A stretch of 38,745 nt of DNA, taken from positions 1-38,745 of the forward strand of contig JAFPBK010000083.1 in assembly GCA_017424105.1 (NCBI GenBank), read 5' to 3'. This DNA comes from Kiritimatiellia bacterium (lineage in GTDB: Bacteria > Verrucomicrobiota > Kiritimatiellia > RFP12 > UBA3636). Below, in pieces: positions 1 through 9,661 of this stretch. The translations under genes were made by a program, and so were the position numbers. The notes beneath the pieces were generated by a model. It searched no databases. It was not told the DNA's origin and saw only the letters and a program-made list of their open reading frames with translations. Numbering within the stretch: position 1 is the first letter of the stretch; every line of letters starts with the position of its first letter.

Positions 1-72
1 GCCTACTTGCTAGGTCCGTTCTGTAAGTCACGCTCAACTTAACGTTTCGTTTTTTGTGGCGCAACGGGGAAT

Positions 73-102
73 AATTTAGCAAAAAACGGATTTGAAAGTC
101 AA
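73..102 (-). promoter_or_regulatory. sigma70-type promoter (TTGACT-18-TAAATT, extended TG) firing off the left edge
   Basis: Minus strand reads TTGACT N18 TAAATT with TGc before the -10, a very AT-rich UP-like tract upstream (103-300) and a GC-rich stretch downstream; the target gene lies outside the window. Confidence 0.55.
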
Positions 103-339
103 CACCTTTTTTAAAAATTTTTTATTTTTTTTTGCGAAATTCTCTGAACCCCCTTATTTTACTAGGGGTTCAGCAAAATAAAATTTTAAAAAAATTGTAA
201 AAAAATCAAAAAAATGAAAAAATATTTTTTTAGAATTTCCCGAAATTTGCGATTTTTGAGAGATTTTTTGAAAGAAAAAATGAAAAAAAGTGAAATTTTG
301 GGAAATTTTGGGAAAAAGGTGGTAAAAGGGACGGCTAAA

Positions 340-362
340 GGACGGCTAAAGCCGCCCGCTCC
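340..362 (-). repeat. GGAG-footed REP-like palindrome
   Basis: Minus strand GGAG-CGGGCGGC-TTTA-GCCGTCC; half-site GGACGGCTAAA duplicated at 329-350. Confidence 0.5.
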
Positions 363-460
363 GATGTCTTTAAGGAGAAGGCTAATTAAAAATGCCGCCA
401 ACTACGATGTCTTTAAGGAGGAGGCAAATTAAGAATGCCGCCAACTCCGATGTGCTTAAT
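351..460. repeat. 43-bp tandem repeat, ~2.5 copies
   Basis: Units start at 351, 394 and 437: GCCGCCMRCTMCGATGTCTTTAAGGAGRAGGCWAATTAARAAT. Confidence 0.85.
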
Positions 461-468
461 GTGAAATT

Positions 469-509
469 AAAAAACCTCACACTGCTCAATGTTGCGGTGT
501 GAGGTTTTT
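469..509 (-). terminator. intrinsic (likely bidirectional) terminator
   Basis: AAAAACCTCACACTGC-8nt-GCGGTGTGAGGTTTTT, just after the kinase stop. Confidence 0.8.
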
Positions 510-520
510 AGCGCGCTTGC

Positions 521-1795
521 TTAACCAAGGCTATAATTGCATGCAGTTGCTAAGGCCTTAACAAAATCTGTTACTGTTTGATAACGATTATCAATATCAA
601 CATCAGTTGCCTTTTCTAACACTGCTGCTATTTCTGAATTTACTCCAGTAAATGATGGACGTAATCCATTAAAGAAATCTTCAAGTTTTGTTCCAACAGG
701 GAATGGGAAACATCCTGTGAACATCATGTATGCAATAACACCTATCGCATATATATCACCTTGAGGGCCCACTATGTCGCCCCTCAATTGCTCAGGGCTC
801 ATAAATTCTGGAGTACCCACAATTACATCATTTTCATGAATTTTATTATGAAGTGTTGCTGTTCCAAAATCAATAATTTTTACAGAACCACTTTCTGTGA
901 TAACAATGTTCTCTGGCTTCAAATCTTTGTGCACAACATTATGGCTATGCACATAATCCATTGGTCTTGCTACCTGAAGCAAAATTTGAAGAATTGTCTC
1001 TACATCCATAGGACCATTGCTTGCTAAAACATCTCGCAATGAATTACCATGTATCACTTCCATGACCATGTAATAACATCCATTGTATGTGTTGAAATTA
1101 TAAAAGCGTAAAATTCCTGTATGGCTGAGCTGCATTGTAATGCGTGCCTCATCTTTGAATGATGCCATAACTGCTGGATCTAATAGCAAATCAGGATTGA
1201 TTACCTTAATGGCAACATCCATCTCAAGAAATTTATCGCGAGCTAAAAATACACTACCGGTTCCACCTGTACCAATGAGATTCAACAACGTATAGCGAGA
1301 AGGATCTGGACCTAACATATCCTTACCTAGCTTTACAGTTTCGTCACCATATGCCTCAACCTGTTGATTCTCTTCTCGAGCTGGTTTCAAAGTAAGTTTC
1401 TTCTCACCTGAATTATTGGTTGAGTCTAAATAATTTTGAATTTCATCGCTTACTGCTTTTTTAATTTCAGCAGGCTGCCATGGACGAGGCACGAAGCAAG
1501 AACCACGACCTGCAGAAATCAAATTCTGTGCACGAAGAGCGGCGCCCTTTGGCCCTGTAAACACAACTCTAAGCATAGGGTTGGTACAATTTGCAATAGC
1601 AAGAATTGATTTAAAATCCATACCTGGTGTTGTAATATCACAAATCCATACACCTACTAGCATTGTCTGAAGAGCATGACGAGCAAGCGAAGGTGATTTT
1701 ACTGATACCACTACCCTGTCTGGTCCGCCTATTAACTGTCTCAAATTTGAGACAGGCTGCGGATCAAGAACTAAAATTGTTATTGGAGCTGCCAT
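521..1795 (-). CDS. Hanks-type Ser/Thr protein kinase with N-terminal atypical receiver domain
   Basis: GTGGTGSV, VAIK, HKDLKPEN, DFG and GTPEFMSPE motifs; N-terminal ~125 aa REC-like (ILVLD...WICD...FTG...PRPW). Confidence 0.9.
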   Translation of the reverse strand: MAAPITILVLDPQPVSNLRQLIGGPDRVVVSVKSPSLARHALQTMLVGVWICDITTPGMDFKSILAIANCTNPMLRVVFTGPKGAALRAQNLISAGRGSCFVPRPWQPAEIKKAVSDEIQNYLDSTNNSGEKKLTLKPAREENQQVEAYGDETVKLGKDMLGPDPSRYTLLNLIGTGGTGSVFLARDKFLEMDVAIKVINPDLLLDPAVMASFKDEARITMQLSHTGILRFYNFNTYNGCYYMVMEVIHGNSLRDVLASNGPMDVETILQILLQVARPMDYVHSHNVVHKDLKPENIVITESGSVKIIDFGTATLHNKIHENDVIVGTPEFMSPEQLRGDIVGPQGDIYAIGVIAYMMFTGCFPFPVGTKLEDFFNGLRPSFTGVNSEIAAVLEKATDVDIDNRYQTVTDFVKALATACNYSLG

Positions 1796-2346
1796 TATTT
1801 GCTCTCCTTACTTTTCTGAGCAATTGCAATTGCTGCTGCAGCAATTGCTGATGGAGCAGGAAGCTTACCCTTGGCATTGACACCACAAGCTAAATCACCA
1901 GAATCTGGATCAATAAAATTTATACCACGCTGCTCAAGCAATGAAACATTTGCTTGCGTTGCTGAATTCTCCCACATATTAACATTCATGGAAGGAGCAA
2001 TAAGCACTGGAGCCTTATTAGCAAGGAATGTTGCTGTTAATGCATCGTCTGCAATTCCATGAGCCAACTTTCCTAAAACATTTGCTGTACATGGTGCAAT
2101 TACAAAAGCATCGGCAAAGTTTGCAAGCTCTATATGTGCAGGCATCCAATTCTCTGCGTTTTGTTCAAAAAGTGTTACTGCTACTGGATTTTTTGAAAGT
2201 GTACGAAAGGTCAAAGGAGTAACAAATTCACATGCAGATTTTGTCATTACAACTCGAACTTCATGACCAGCTTTTACAAATTCACGAACTAACTCGCATG
2301 CCTTGTAAGCTGCAATTGAACCCGTAACACCAACTACAAAATTCAT
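1795..2346 (-). CDS. coaC: phosphopantothenoylcysteine decarboxylase (stand-alone CoaC flavoprotein)
   Basis: GVTGSIAAYK, APCTANVLGKLAHGIADD, APSMNVNMW, LACG; start MNFVV at 2346 overlaps the gmk stop (ATGA); no CoaB domain. Confidence 0.88.
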   Translation of the reverse strand: MNFVVGVTGSIAAYKACELVREFVKAGHEVRVVMTKSACEFVTPLTFRTLSKNPVAVTLFEQNAENWMPAHIELANFADAFVIAPCTANVLGKLAHGIADDALTATFLANKAPVLIAPSMNVNMWENSATQANVSLLEQRGINFIDPDSGDLACGVNAKGKLPAPSAIAAAAIAIAQKSKESK

Positions 2347-2939
2347 TTTGAAGCCTCCGCAAGTATACTGCACAAATTTGTATATGCGCACTCTAAATCA
2401 TCATTAACAACAATGTGCTGATATTCATTTGCACGAGCAATTTCGCCCTTTGCATTATTCAAGCGCTTTTGAATAACATCCGGAGCATCCTCTCCACGCT
2501 TATTTAAACGAGCCTCTAGCTCTTCTATTGATGGAACTGTAATAAAAATATCTATAAAAGAATTGCGAATAAGATCATCCTCTGGAAGTCCGTTAATTAT
2601 ATCGCGAACTTGAGCGGCACCAGCAACATCAATATCCATAATGATAGATTTACCTTGATTTAATGCTTGCTCAACTGTGCTACGGAGGGTGCCATATCGA
2701 TTACCATGTACTATAGCATTCTCAAGGAAATCACCATTTTCAATTCTTTTAACAAATTCCTCTTCTGTAAGAAAATGATATGCTACTCCATCTTTTTCTT
2801 GTCCACGAGGTTTGCGAGTAGTACAAGAGATAGAGTAAACCAAGCTTTCAGACTCAGCCAAAAGTTTATTGCAAAGGGTTGATTTACCAGCTCCGGATGG
2901 AGCGGAAACAACTATTAGTAATGGTCTATTGAAATTCAT
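2343..2939 (-). CDS. gmk: guanylate kinase
   Basis: SAPSGAGKST P-loop, SISCTTRKPRGQEKDGVAYHF, YGT, DIDVAG. Confidence 0.97.
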   Translation of the reverse strand: MNFNRPLLIVVSAPSGAGKSTLCNKLLAESESLVYSISCTTRKPRGQEKDGVAYHFLTEEEFVKRIENGDFLENAIVHGNRYGTLRSTVEQALNQGKSIIMDIDVAGAAQVRDIINGLPEDDLIRNSFIDIFITVPSIEELEARLNKRGEDAPDVIQKRLNNAKGEIARANEYQHIVVNDDLECAYTNLCSILAEASK

Positions 2940-3077
2940 TTTGCTTATAAATCCTTAATCTACAAAAAATAAGATTTAATTTCATTGTAATTATAAGGGT
3001 TTTGGCTTATTGTGTCAAGTGAATGGCAAAGTTACCTGCTCCAAATTGGCTTTAAATTCATGAATGAAATACCAAAT

Positions 3078-4007
3078 TTAGGTATCCCAGGCCATATCAC
3101 CTTGATAAATGTCATTTATTTGCAAATACTTATCTATATCTGCCAAAACCTGAAGTTTATTAAGGCTCCACTTTGGAGCAATCAAACGCTGATGGGAGCC
3201 ATCGCCTGTGATGCGTTCTATCACCACATCTGACGAGAAAAATCGCAATTGCTCACAAACGATTCTAACATATTCCTCTTGGCTTAATGCTTCAAACTCA
3301 CCCCGTTGATATTGCTCTGCCAAGGCAGTTCCTTCCATGACATGCAAAAGATGAAGCTTTACAGCACTCGGTGCTTGTTTGGCAACAAATTGAGCAGTTG
3401 CTAGCATATCTGACTCTGTTTCGCCTGGTAATCCATTTATCAAATGTACACAGGTGCGTACACCATGTGCTTTAAGCTGCTGATGTGCCTCACAAAAGCA
3501 CTCTACTGTATGCCCGCGATTTATTCGAGCAAGCGTTGTATTATGTGATGACTGCAGGCCTAACTCAACAGTCAAATATGTACGCTTTGCCAACTCCCCC
3601 AAATATGGATATAGCTCTTGCGAAATGCAATCGGGTCTTGTGGCAATACTTAATCCAACTACTCCATCACAACTAAGTGCTTCCTCATAAAGCTGCTTTA
3701 ATTTTTCAAAATCGGCATTTGTATTAGTACCAGCTTGGAAGTATGCAATCAGCCCTACTTCACCATATTTAGAAAATATTCGCTCACGTTCGAGCTTGAG
3801 TTGCTCTGTAATTGATAACGAACTTGAATGAGAAAATTCGCTTCCATTTTCTACACAATATGTGCAGCCTCCTGTAATTGCATGAGGGCAATTCAGCCCG
3901 GCATCAATTACAGCCTTAAACACCCTGCCACAAAATGTCTTTTTCAAATGATAACTGAGCGTGTGATAACGCTTATTATCGTCAGAATATGGGAAAGGCG
4001 AACTCAT
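3078..4007 (-). CDS. radical SAM protein, TIGR01212 (YhcC) family
   Basis: CP...GGCTYC, YFQAGTNT, SIATRPDC, ELGLQS, KLHLLHV. Confidence 0.9.
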   Translation of the reverse strand: MSSPFPYSDDNKRYHTLSYHLKKTFCGRVFKAVIDAGLNCPHAITGGCTYCVENGSEFSHSSSLSITEQLKLERERIFSKYGEVGLIAYFQAGTNTNADFEKLKQLYEEALSCDGVVGLSIATRPDCISQELYPYLGELAKRTYLTVELGLQSSHNTTLARINRGHTVECFCEAHQQLKAHGVRTCVHLINGLPGETESDMLATAQFVAKQAPSAVKLHLLHVMEGTALAEQYQRGEFEALSQEEYVRIVCEQLRFFSSDVVIERITGDGSHQRLIAPKWSLNKLQVLADIDKYLQINDIYQGDMAWDT

Positions 4008-4021
4008 ATATATGTTTCCAC

Positions 4022-5809
4022 CTAATTTTCAACAAATGGAAGTGGTAACACAGCACCATTTAGCTGTGCTTGCTCTAAGGCCTCTGCCCTATCCTCATCA
4101 TACCACCAATAAGCAATCGCATCATCTTCACTGCCATATTTTGAAAGAATTTTCTCTGGAACGCCAAATTTATTCCACCAAAGAAGACGTGTACTTGCTG
4201 TATTCCATAAGAGGATGTATGGACACTCATTTGCTACAATCCCATCAATTTCTCTGCAAATTTCATTACGACGAGCCAAATCAAAGCATGTTTTCTGCTC
4301 TTCAATCAATTCATCTACTCTTGCATTAGCAAAGCCTGTTATATTCACACCGCCATTTATTGCAGCATGCTTTGATGACCACATACCCTCTGGGTCTTTA
4401 AATAGTCCAGCACCCCAAGCACACCATGACATCTCAAAGTTGTAGGAATCCATATCTCGTGACCATGCAGACCAATCCTTACGCTCAATCTTAAGTTGGA
4501 TACCAACCTTTTCTAAATCAGAGCGATATAGAGCGATAAATTTATCTGTTGTACCTGAGTCATTTGAAAGAAATGTAATTACAAATTGCTTACCATTCTT
4601 TTCTAACCAGCCTGTATTTGGATTGATTTTCCAGCCGGCCTCATTCAACAACTGGATTGCCTTTTCAGGATTGTAATCATAGCCTGAATTTGGGCAAGGT
4701 GTATTCTCATCATACAAATCCTCATAATATGACTTATGAAGGAAATATTGTCCATACATCATTGTTGAATTCATTGTAGGACGATCTAAAAGATGTGCCA
4801 ATGCCTTGCGAACCTTAACATCGTTATATGGCTCTCGGCGCATATTCATTGCAAAACCCTGAAAACCGATTGGCTTATTGTTGTTTATTGCTTTAGCAAC
4901 AATCCAATTTTTATCAAAACGCTCACCCTTGATTTCTTGCACCCAAATTCGTGCAGAATATATTGGATATAAATCAAAGCCTCCCTTTCTAAATACCTCC
5001 CATGCATTCTCTCTATCTGTATGGAAACGATATTCAATAAAATCAAAATTAAAGAGATTCTTATTGGCAGGGCGATTACTTTGCCACCAATCGTCACGAC
5101 GCTTCATCGTGAGCGAAATATTCTCCTTCATACCTGCGAGTTGGTAAGGGCCAGACACTACAGGAAAATCAAAATTTATTTTATTAAAATCTTTTCCTTC
5201 AAAGCAATGCTTAGGAAGGATTGGGAAACCACCGATAGCGCCAAGATTTCTCCAATGAGATTCTGCCGCTGTAAATTTGATTGTGCGCTCATCTAACACA
5301 ACTGGTGGTGTTTCCAAAAATGTAGCAAGACCTATTTTATATGGACCAGTGAGATGCTTTGGGTCCATTATTGCGTTAAAGCTCCAAAGTACATCGTGAG
5401 CAGTAATTGTTGTACCATCACTCCACTTGGCTGCTGGGTCAATTTTAAATATAAAGGCATTGCCACAGCATGGAGAAACACACCACTCGCTTGCTACATT
5501 TGGAGCATAATCAGCCGTGATTGGATCACGTCCAAGCAAGGTTTCATACATCATATAAAACACTTGGCTTGAAAAAGAATTATTATCCAAAAGTGCATTT
5601 AGACTTTTAGGTACTGCACTGCCCCATATCGCGAGTTTTCCTCCGCGCTTTGCATAAGGTGAAGAATATGGACTTGGTTTCTCAACCCACTCTTTTTTAG
5701 GAAACCATTCGTGACGACATTCTGGCTTTGGTGGCTTAATAGCTTCATTAGACTCTGCCACAAGCATTCCGCTTAACGCCATTAAAAATGCAAATACTTT
5801 TAGCTTCAT
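4022..5809 (-). CDS. ABC transporter solute-binding protein, family 5 (YejA/OppA-like)
   Basis: Signal peptide; AKRGGKL, YETLL, KWSDG..ITAHDV, SGPY, DVKVRKAL; no permease genes nearby. Confidence 0.9.
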   Translation of the reverse strand: MKLKVFAFLMALSGMLVAESNEAIKPPKPECRHEWFPKKEWVEKPSPYSSPYAKRGGKLAIWGSAVPKSLNALLDNNSFSSQVFYMMYETLLGRDPITADYAPNVASEWCVSPCCGNAFIFKIDPAAKWSDGTTITAHDVLWSFNAIMDPKHLTGPYKIGLATFLETPPVVLDERTIKFTAAESHWRNLGAIGGFPILPKHCFEGKDFNKINFDFPVVSGPYQLAGMKENISLTMKRRDDWWQSNRPANKNLFNFDFIEYRFHTDRENAWEVFRKGGFDLYPIYSARIWVQEIKGERFDKNWIVAKAINNNKPIGFQGFAMNMRREPYNDVKVRKALAHLLDRPTMNSTMMYGQYFLHKSYYEDLYDENTPCPNSGYDYNPEKAIQLLNEAGWKINPNTGWLEKNGKQFVITFLSNDSGTTDKFIALYRSDLEKVGIQLKIERKDWSAWSRDMDSYNFEMSWCAWGAGLFKDPEGMWSSKHAAINGGVNITGFANARVDELIEEQKTCFDLARRNEICREIDGIVANECPYILLWNTASTRLLWWNKFGVPEKILSKYGSEDDAIAYWWYDEDRAEALEQAQLNGAVLPLPFVEN

Positions 5810-5815
5810 ACCTAC

Positions 5816-7758
5816 TTATTTTTTCTTTGAATCATTGATTAGTTCCAAGGCTGGGAGCACCTCTAAATCAAGATACTCTTCGAGGCTATAAAAAGATACG
5901 CCTCTAAGCTTCTTAAATCCTGCAAAACGGAGCTGATGAAATACCTGAGTTACATTTAACAACCCCTCAAACGAATTAACACCAATTCCTGAAACAACTC
6001 TATCGCGATACTTTGGATTTGATTGCACACTTACCAATTCGCGATAATAATTCATATCTGTTGTATAGTTCATAGGAACAACAAAATCAACGAGTCCTTC
6101 ATCTAGCCACGTATACCAATCCTGACCAACGGTATTGACGCACTTTGGGTGCTCTCCAAAAACAGCAGTTGAAAAAGTAACATTTGGCACTGCTTTTTTA
6201 AGCGATGTACCTACTGAGCGGACAAACCCTGCCACATTTTTGCTACGCCACTTATCATATTGCTGGCGATATTTTCCATCAATCGCAATATCCTTTGACC
6301 AATCAATTTGCTTGAGTTTTGCATACTGCATAAATTTAGCTTTATCGCTAACAGACTTCAAATCATTTGCAGGAAAATCTGGATAGCGGACATAATCTAA
6401 ATGAACACCATCAAAACCATAAGTCTTTACTAAATAAATTGCTGTATCGCTAACGATTTTCGCGACATCTGGATGGCTTGGATTAAGCCAACGGATAGTT
6501 GTTTTTTCAGATTCGCCCTCAATTGTCATTCCACGCTTTTTATATATATCCCAGTTCGCTTGAGGCATATATTCTCCGCTAAGCGAATATATCCATGCAT
6601 GGGTGCGAATACCTGCGGCCTTGTAAAGAGCAATCATTTCACGCAAATCCTTTTCAATTGACTTATCCTTAGGCAATGGAAGATTTGGCAAAGAAACACG
6701 CCCCCAACCAGGTGCTGCCATTTCCATATACACATCTGTCACACCAGTTGCCTTAAGCTTTTCTACTGCAGCCTTTTTGTTTTGGCATGAGCAAGAACAG
6801 TTGATTTATCCCACGCTGCCACAACCTTTAGCTTTACAGGTCCATCAAGAAGTGCTTGCGTAATATCCAATTCCTTACGTAGCTTACAAAGCTCTGGCAC
6901 TGCTTTTGCAAAAAGTCCTTTAGAAAAGCATACATCTATCTCTGAATTTATATTTCGCAAAATATCCAGCTTTTGCTTTACCTTTGGATATGGTGTATAC
7001 TTATATTTCTCATAAAGAGCTGGAACAGATTTCTGAGGGATTGACTCATTTATTTCTTTACGCAAATTTTGAGCAGCAGAACGCCATAGCGATTTATCTT
7101 TCCCGCAGACAATAGAGGCGACAAAATATGTATAATCTGACTGATTTGCATATTCGCTAGGAAGAAAGCCTACCCAAAAACCATTAGACACCTCAATTAC
7201 AGCAGCAGGACCTTTTGTTTTAGAAGAGCTCTCCCAATTACCAAGCACCTTGCCACCTTTTTGTGGTGTTACCTGCAACACAGATGTTAATTTATGAGAA
7301 TAGCTTTCAGGCATATGAACTGGGCGAGGCCATGTAGAGACGATGCGCTCCCACCACTCTTCCTTGCCATCAAGCTTAACAAATTTATCTATCTGAATCC
7401 CCATTGTCTGTGCTAAAGCAGGAGAATCTGAATAAAAAACGCAAACCTTTCCGCCTCGACCAACAAAACTGTTTATTCCTGCCAAAAATTCCTTACTTGG
7501 ATTTTGGCACATAATAAGACTGGCGGTCTTGCAATCTTTTGATAAAGCATCCTTAAAATTCTTATCTGAAAAGACCTCTGCAGTCACACCAACACGCTGT
7601 AGGTGTCGGCTCATCCCTTTAGCTCTGCGAGCAACAAATGAAACCTCTTTTTTATTTCTTAAAGAATCCTCGCCATAAATAATAGCAACCTCAGCGGTGC
7701 GCAATAATGGCATCGCTAAAAAGAGGAAAATAAAAAAGAATAGAAGCTTACGTAGCAT
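5816..7758 (-). pseudogene. secreted GHL10/DUF187-like glycoside hydrolase split by a 1-nt frameshift (ORFs 6763..7758 + 5816..6742)
   Basis: C-terminal WLNPSHP, FDGVHLDYVRYP, GQDWYTW, PMNY; the lower frame is open upstream as ..KKAAVEKLKATGVTDVY and joins the upper ORF if one A is added in the A4/A5 runs (6774-6783); may be a sequencing error. Confidence 0.7.
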
Positions 7759-7789
7759 TGGGAACAAAAAATACAGAGGTCTTAAAAGC

Positions 7790-7832
7790 ATTTGTCCTAA
7801 ACGGCGGCAATGCACCGTCGATTAGGACAAAT
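7790..7832 (-). terminator. hairpin/terminator downstream of araA
   Basis: ATTTGTCCTAA...TTAGGACAAAT inverted repeat. Confidence 0.6.
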
Positions 7833-7889
7833 ATTTAGTTTGCCTAGTGGCAAAATTGTGTAGCAACAATAATACTACATTGCTATGCA

Positions 7890-9382
7890 TTAGAATGAAG
7901 CATCATTCCAGCGTAGCTCATTGCGGAAGTTACGAATTGTTGTAGCTTCATCAATGTATACGCACTCAATACCCATAGCAGCAGCCCAATCACCCATCTG
8001 CTCTGCTGTCAGGTCATAAGAGAATGCAGTATGGTGAGCACCGCCAGCAAGAATCCAAGCCTCAGCACCTGTGATTAGGTTTGGCATTGGCTTCCACAAT
8101 GCTGTAGCTACAGGAAGCTTAGGCATTGGTGTATCCTGAGGCAAGCATTCTACCTCGTTTACAATCAAGCGGAAACGATGGCCAAGATCAACAAGTGAGC
8201 AAGCAACGCCACGACCTGGCTTTGATGTAAATACTAGACGTGCTGGATCCTCACGCTGACCCATAGATAGGAACTGAACCTTCATTACAGGCTTTTCAGC
8301 TGCAACTGTTGGGCAGATTTCAAGCATGTGAGACTGAAGAATTGCCTCATTACCTGCTGGTAGATGATATGTGTAATCCTCAAAGAATGAAGTACCCTTA
8401 GCATTCTTGATACCAGTTGTCATAATCTTCATCAGACGAACCATTGCAGCTGTCTTCCAGTCACCCTCTGCACCAAAGCCATAGCCCTCAGCCATTAGGC
8501 GCTGAATTGCCAAGCCTGGTAGCTGCTTCAAGCCACCTAGCATCTGGAAGTTAGTTACGATTGCATGGTAGTTATGCTCTTCAAGGAAGCGGCGGAAACC
8601 AATTTCAATTCCTGCCTGCACCTCAACATGCTTACGAAACTCAGCTGGCTTGCGGCCTTCTAGCACTACGCCATACTGCTCATAGTAAAGGTCTGTCAAA
8701 TCATTGATTTCTGACTTCTTTACAGCATCAACATACTCAGCAATATCTGTTACATTGTAAGCATCAATTTCCCAGCCAAACTTAATTTCAGCCTCAACCT
8801 TATCACCTTCTGTAACAGCTACATCACGCATATTATCACCAATACGTAGAACACGAATATGGCTGCTTTCCATAACACCGATAGCTGTACGCATCCATGA
8901 AGCAATGCGCTCTTGAACATTTGCATCACTCCAATGGCCAACGATAATCTTGCGCTCAATGCCCATACGGCTTACGATATGACCAAACTCGCGGTCCCAT
9001 GTGCTGACTGATTTGTATTCATGAAATCCATATCGATTGAATCATATGGAATTTCACGATTAAATTGTGTATGTAGGTGTAGCAATGGCTTACGATATTC
9101 CTGAAGGCCTAGAATCCACATCTTTGCAGGAGAGAATGTGTGCATCCAAGTAATAACACCTGCGCAATTTGGATCTGCATTTGCATCATTAAAGCACTTA
9201 CGAATAGATGCAGAGTCAATAAGTGTTGGCTTTAGCTCTACCTTAAATGGAAGCTTCTTAGAAGCGTTAAGTGCTTCTACGATAATTTGGGAATGCTTTG
9301 CTACTTCCTTAAGGCACTCATCACCATAAAGATCCTGAGAGCCAGTTGCAAACCAAAACTTATATTTCTTTGTCTTTAGCAT
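7890..9382 (-). pseudogene. araA: L-arabinose isomerase with a single frameshift (probably intact in vivo)
   Basis: GSQDLYG, WMHTFSPAKMW, GFGAEGDWK, EDYTY, HMLE, GGAHHT; adding one G at GGG (8996-8998) restores NQSAHGDREFGHIVSRMG. Confidence 0.93.
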
Positions 9383-9480
9383 AGGAAAAACCTTTCTTAC
9401 AAAATTATTTTTAATTTGATAAATCAAATTGTACCTAATTATAGAAAAAAAATCAATAAACAACGCATTACCAATTTATT

Positions 9481-9545
9481 CTAAATTCGTACTCGGATTC
9501 AGAAGAAGCAATGCAAGCGCTATGAAACATTGCTATGCAATATTT
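9481..9545 (+). repeat. degenerate relic of the 5' modules of the dispersed element
   Basis: CTAAATTCGTACTCGGATTCAG-AAGAAGC...TATGAAAC-ATTGCTATGCAAT resembles 19046-19110 and 38349-38450. Confidence 0.55.
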
Positions 9546-9590
9546 TTATAGAAATATCCTAAAATGGCAGTTGGAGTAAGAGCAATGACT

Positions 9591-9633
9591 AAAAACACAA
9601 AAAAACGCAGTGCATACGCTGAATATGCACTGC
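9591..9633 (-). terminator. intrinsic terminator after mraY
   Basis: CGCAGTGCATA-7nt-TATGCACTGCG with a U-rich tail on the minus strand. Confidence 0.8.
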
Positions 9634-9661
9634 GCTTATGTGAAAATGTTATAGAATAATC

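Noticed and set aside
186-432. ORFs 186..401 and 214..432
   Set aside because: Low-complexity K/F-rich translations of AT tracts and the tandem repeat.
351-460. CRISPR array
   Set aside because: Units are contiguous tandem copies with no unique spacers, and there are no cas genes.
6763-8972. Stop-codon reassignment or readthrough explaining the split genes
   Set aside because: Both splits need a frame change, and TAA, TAG and TGA all terminate other intact genes normally.
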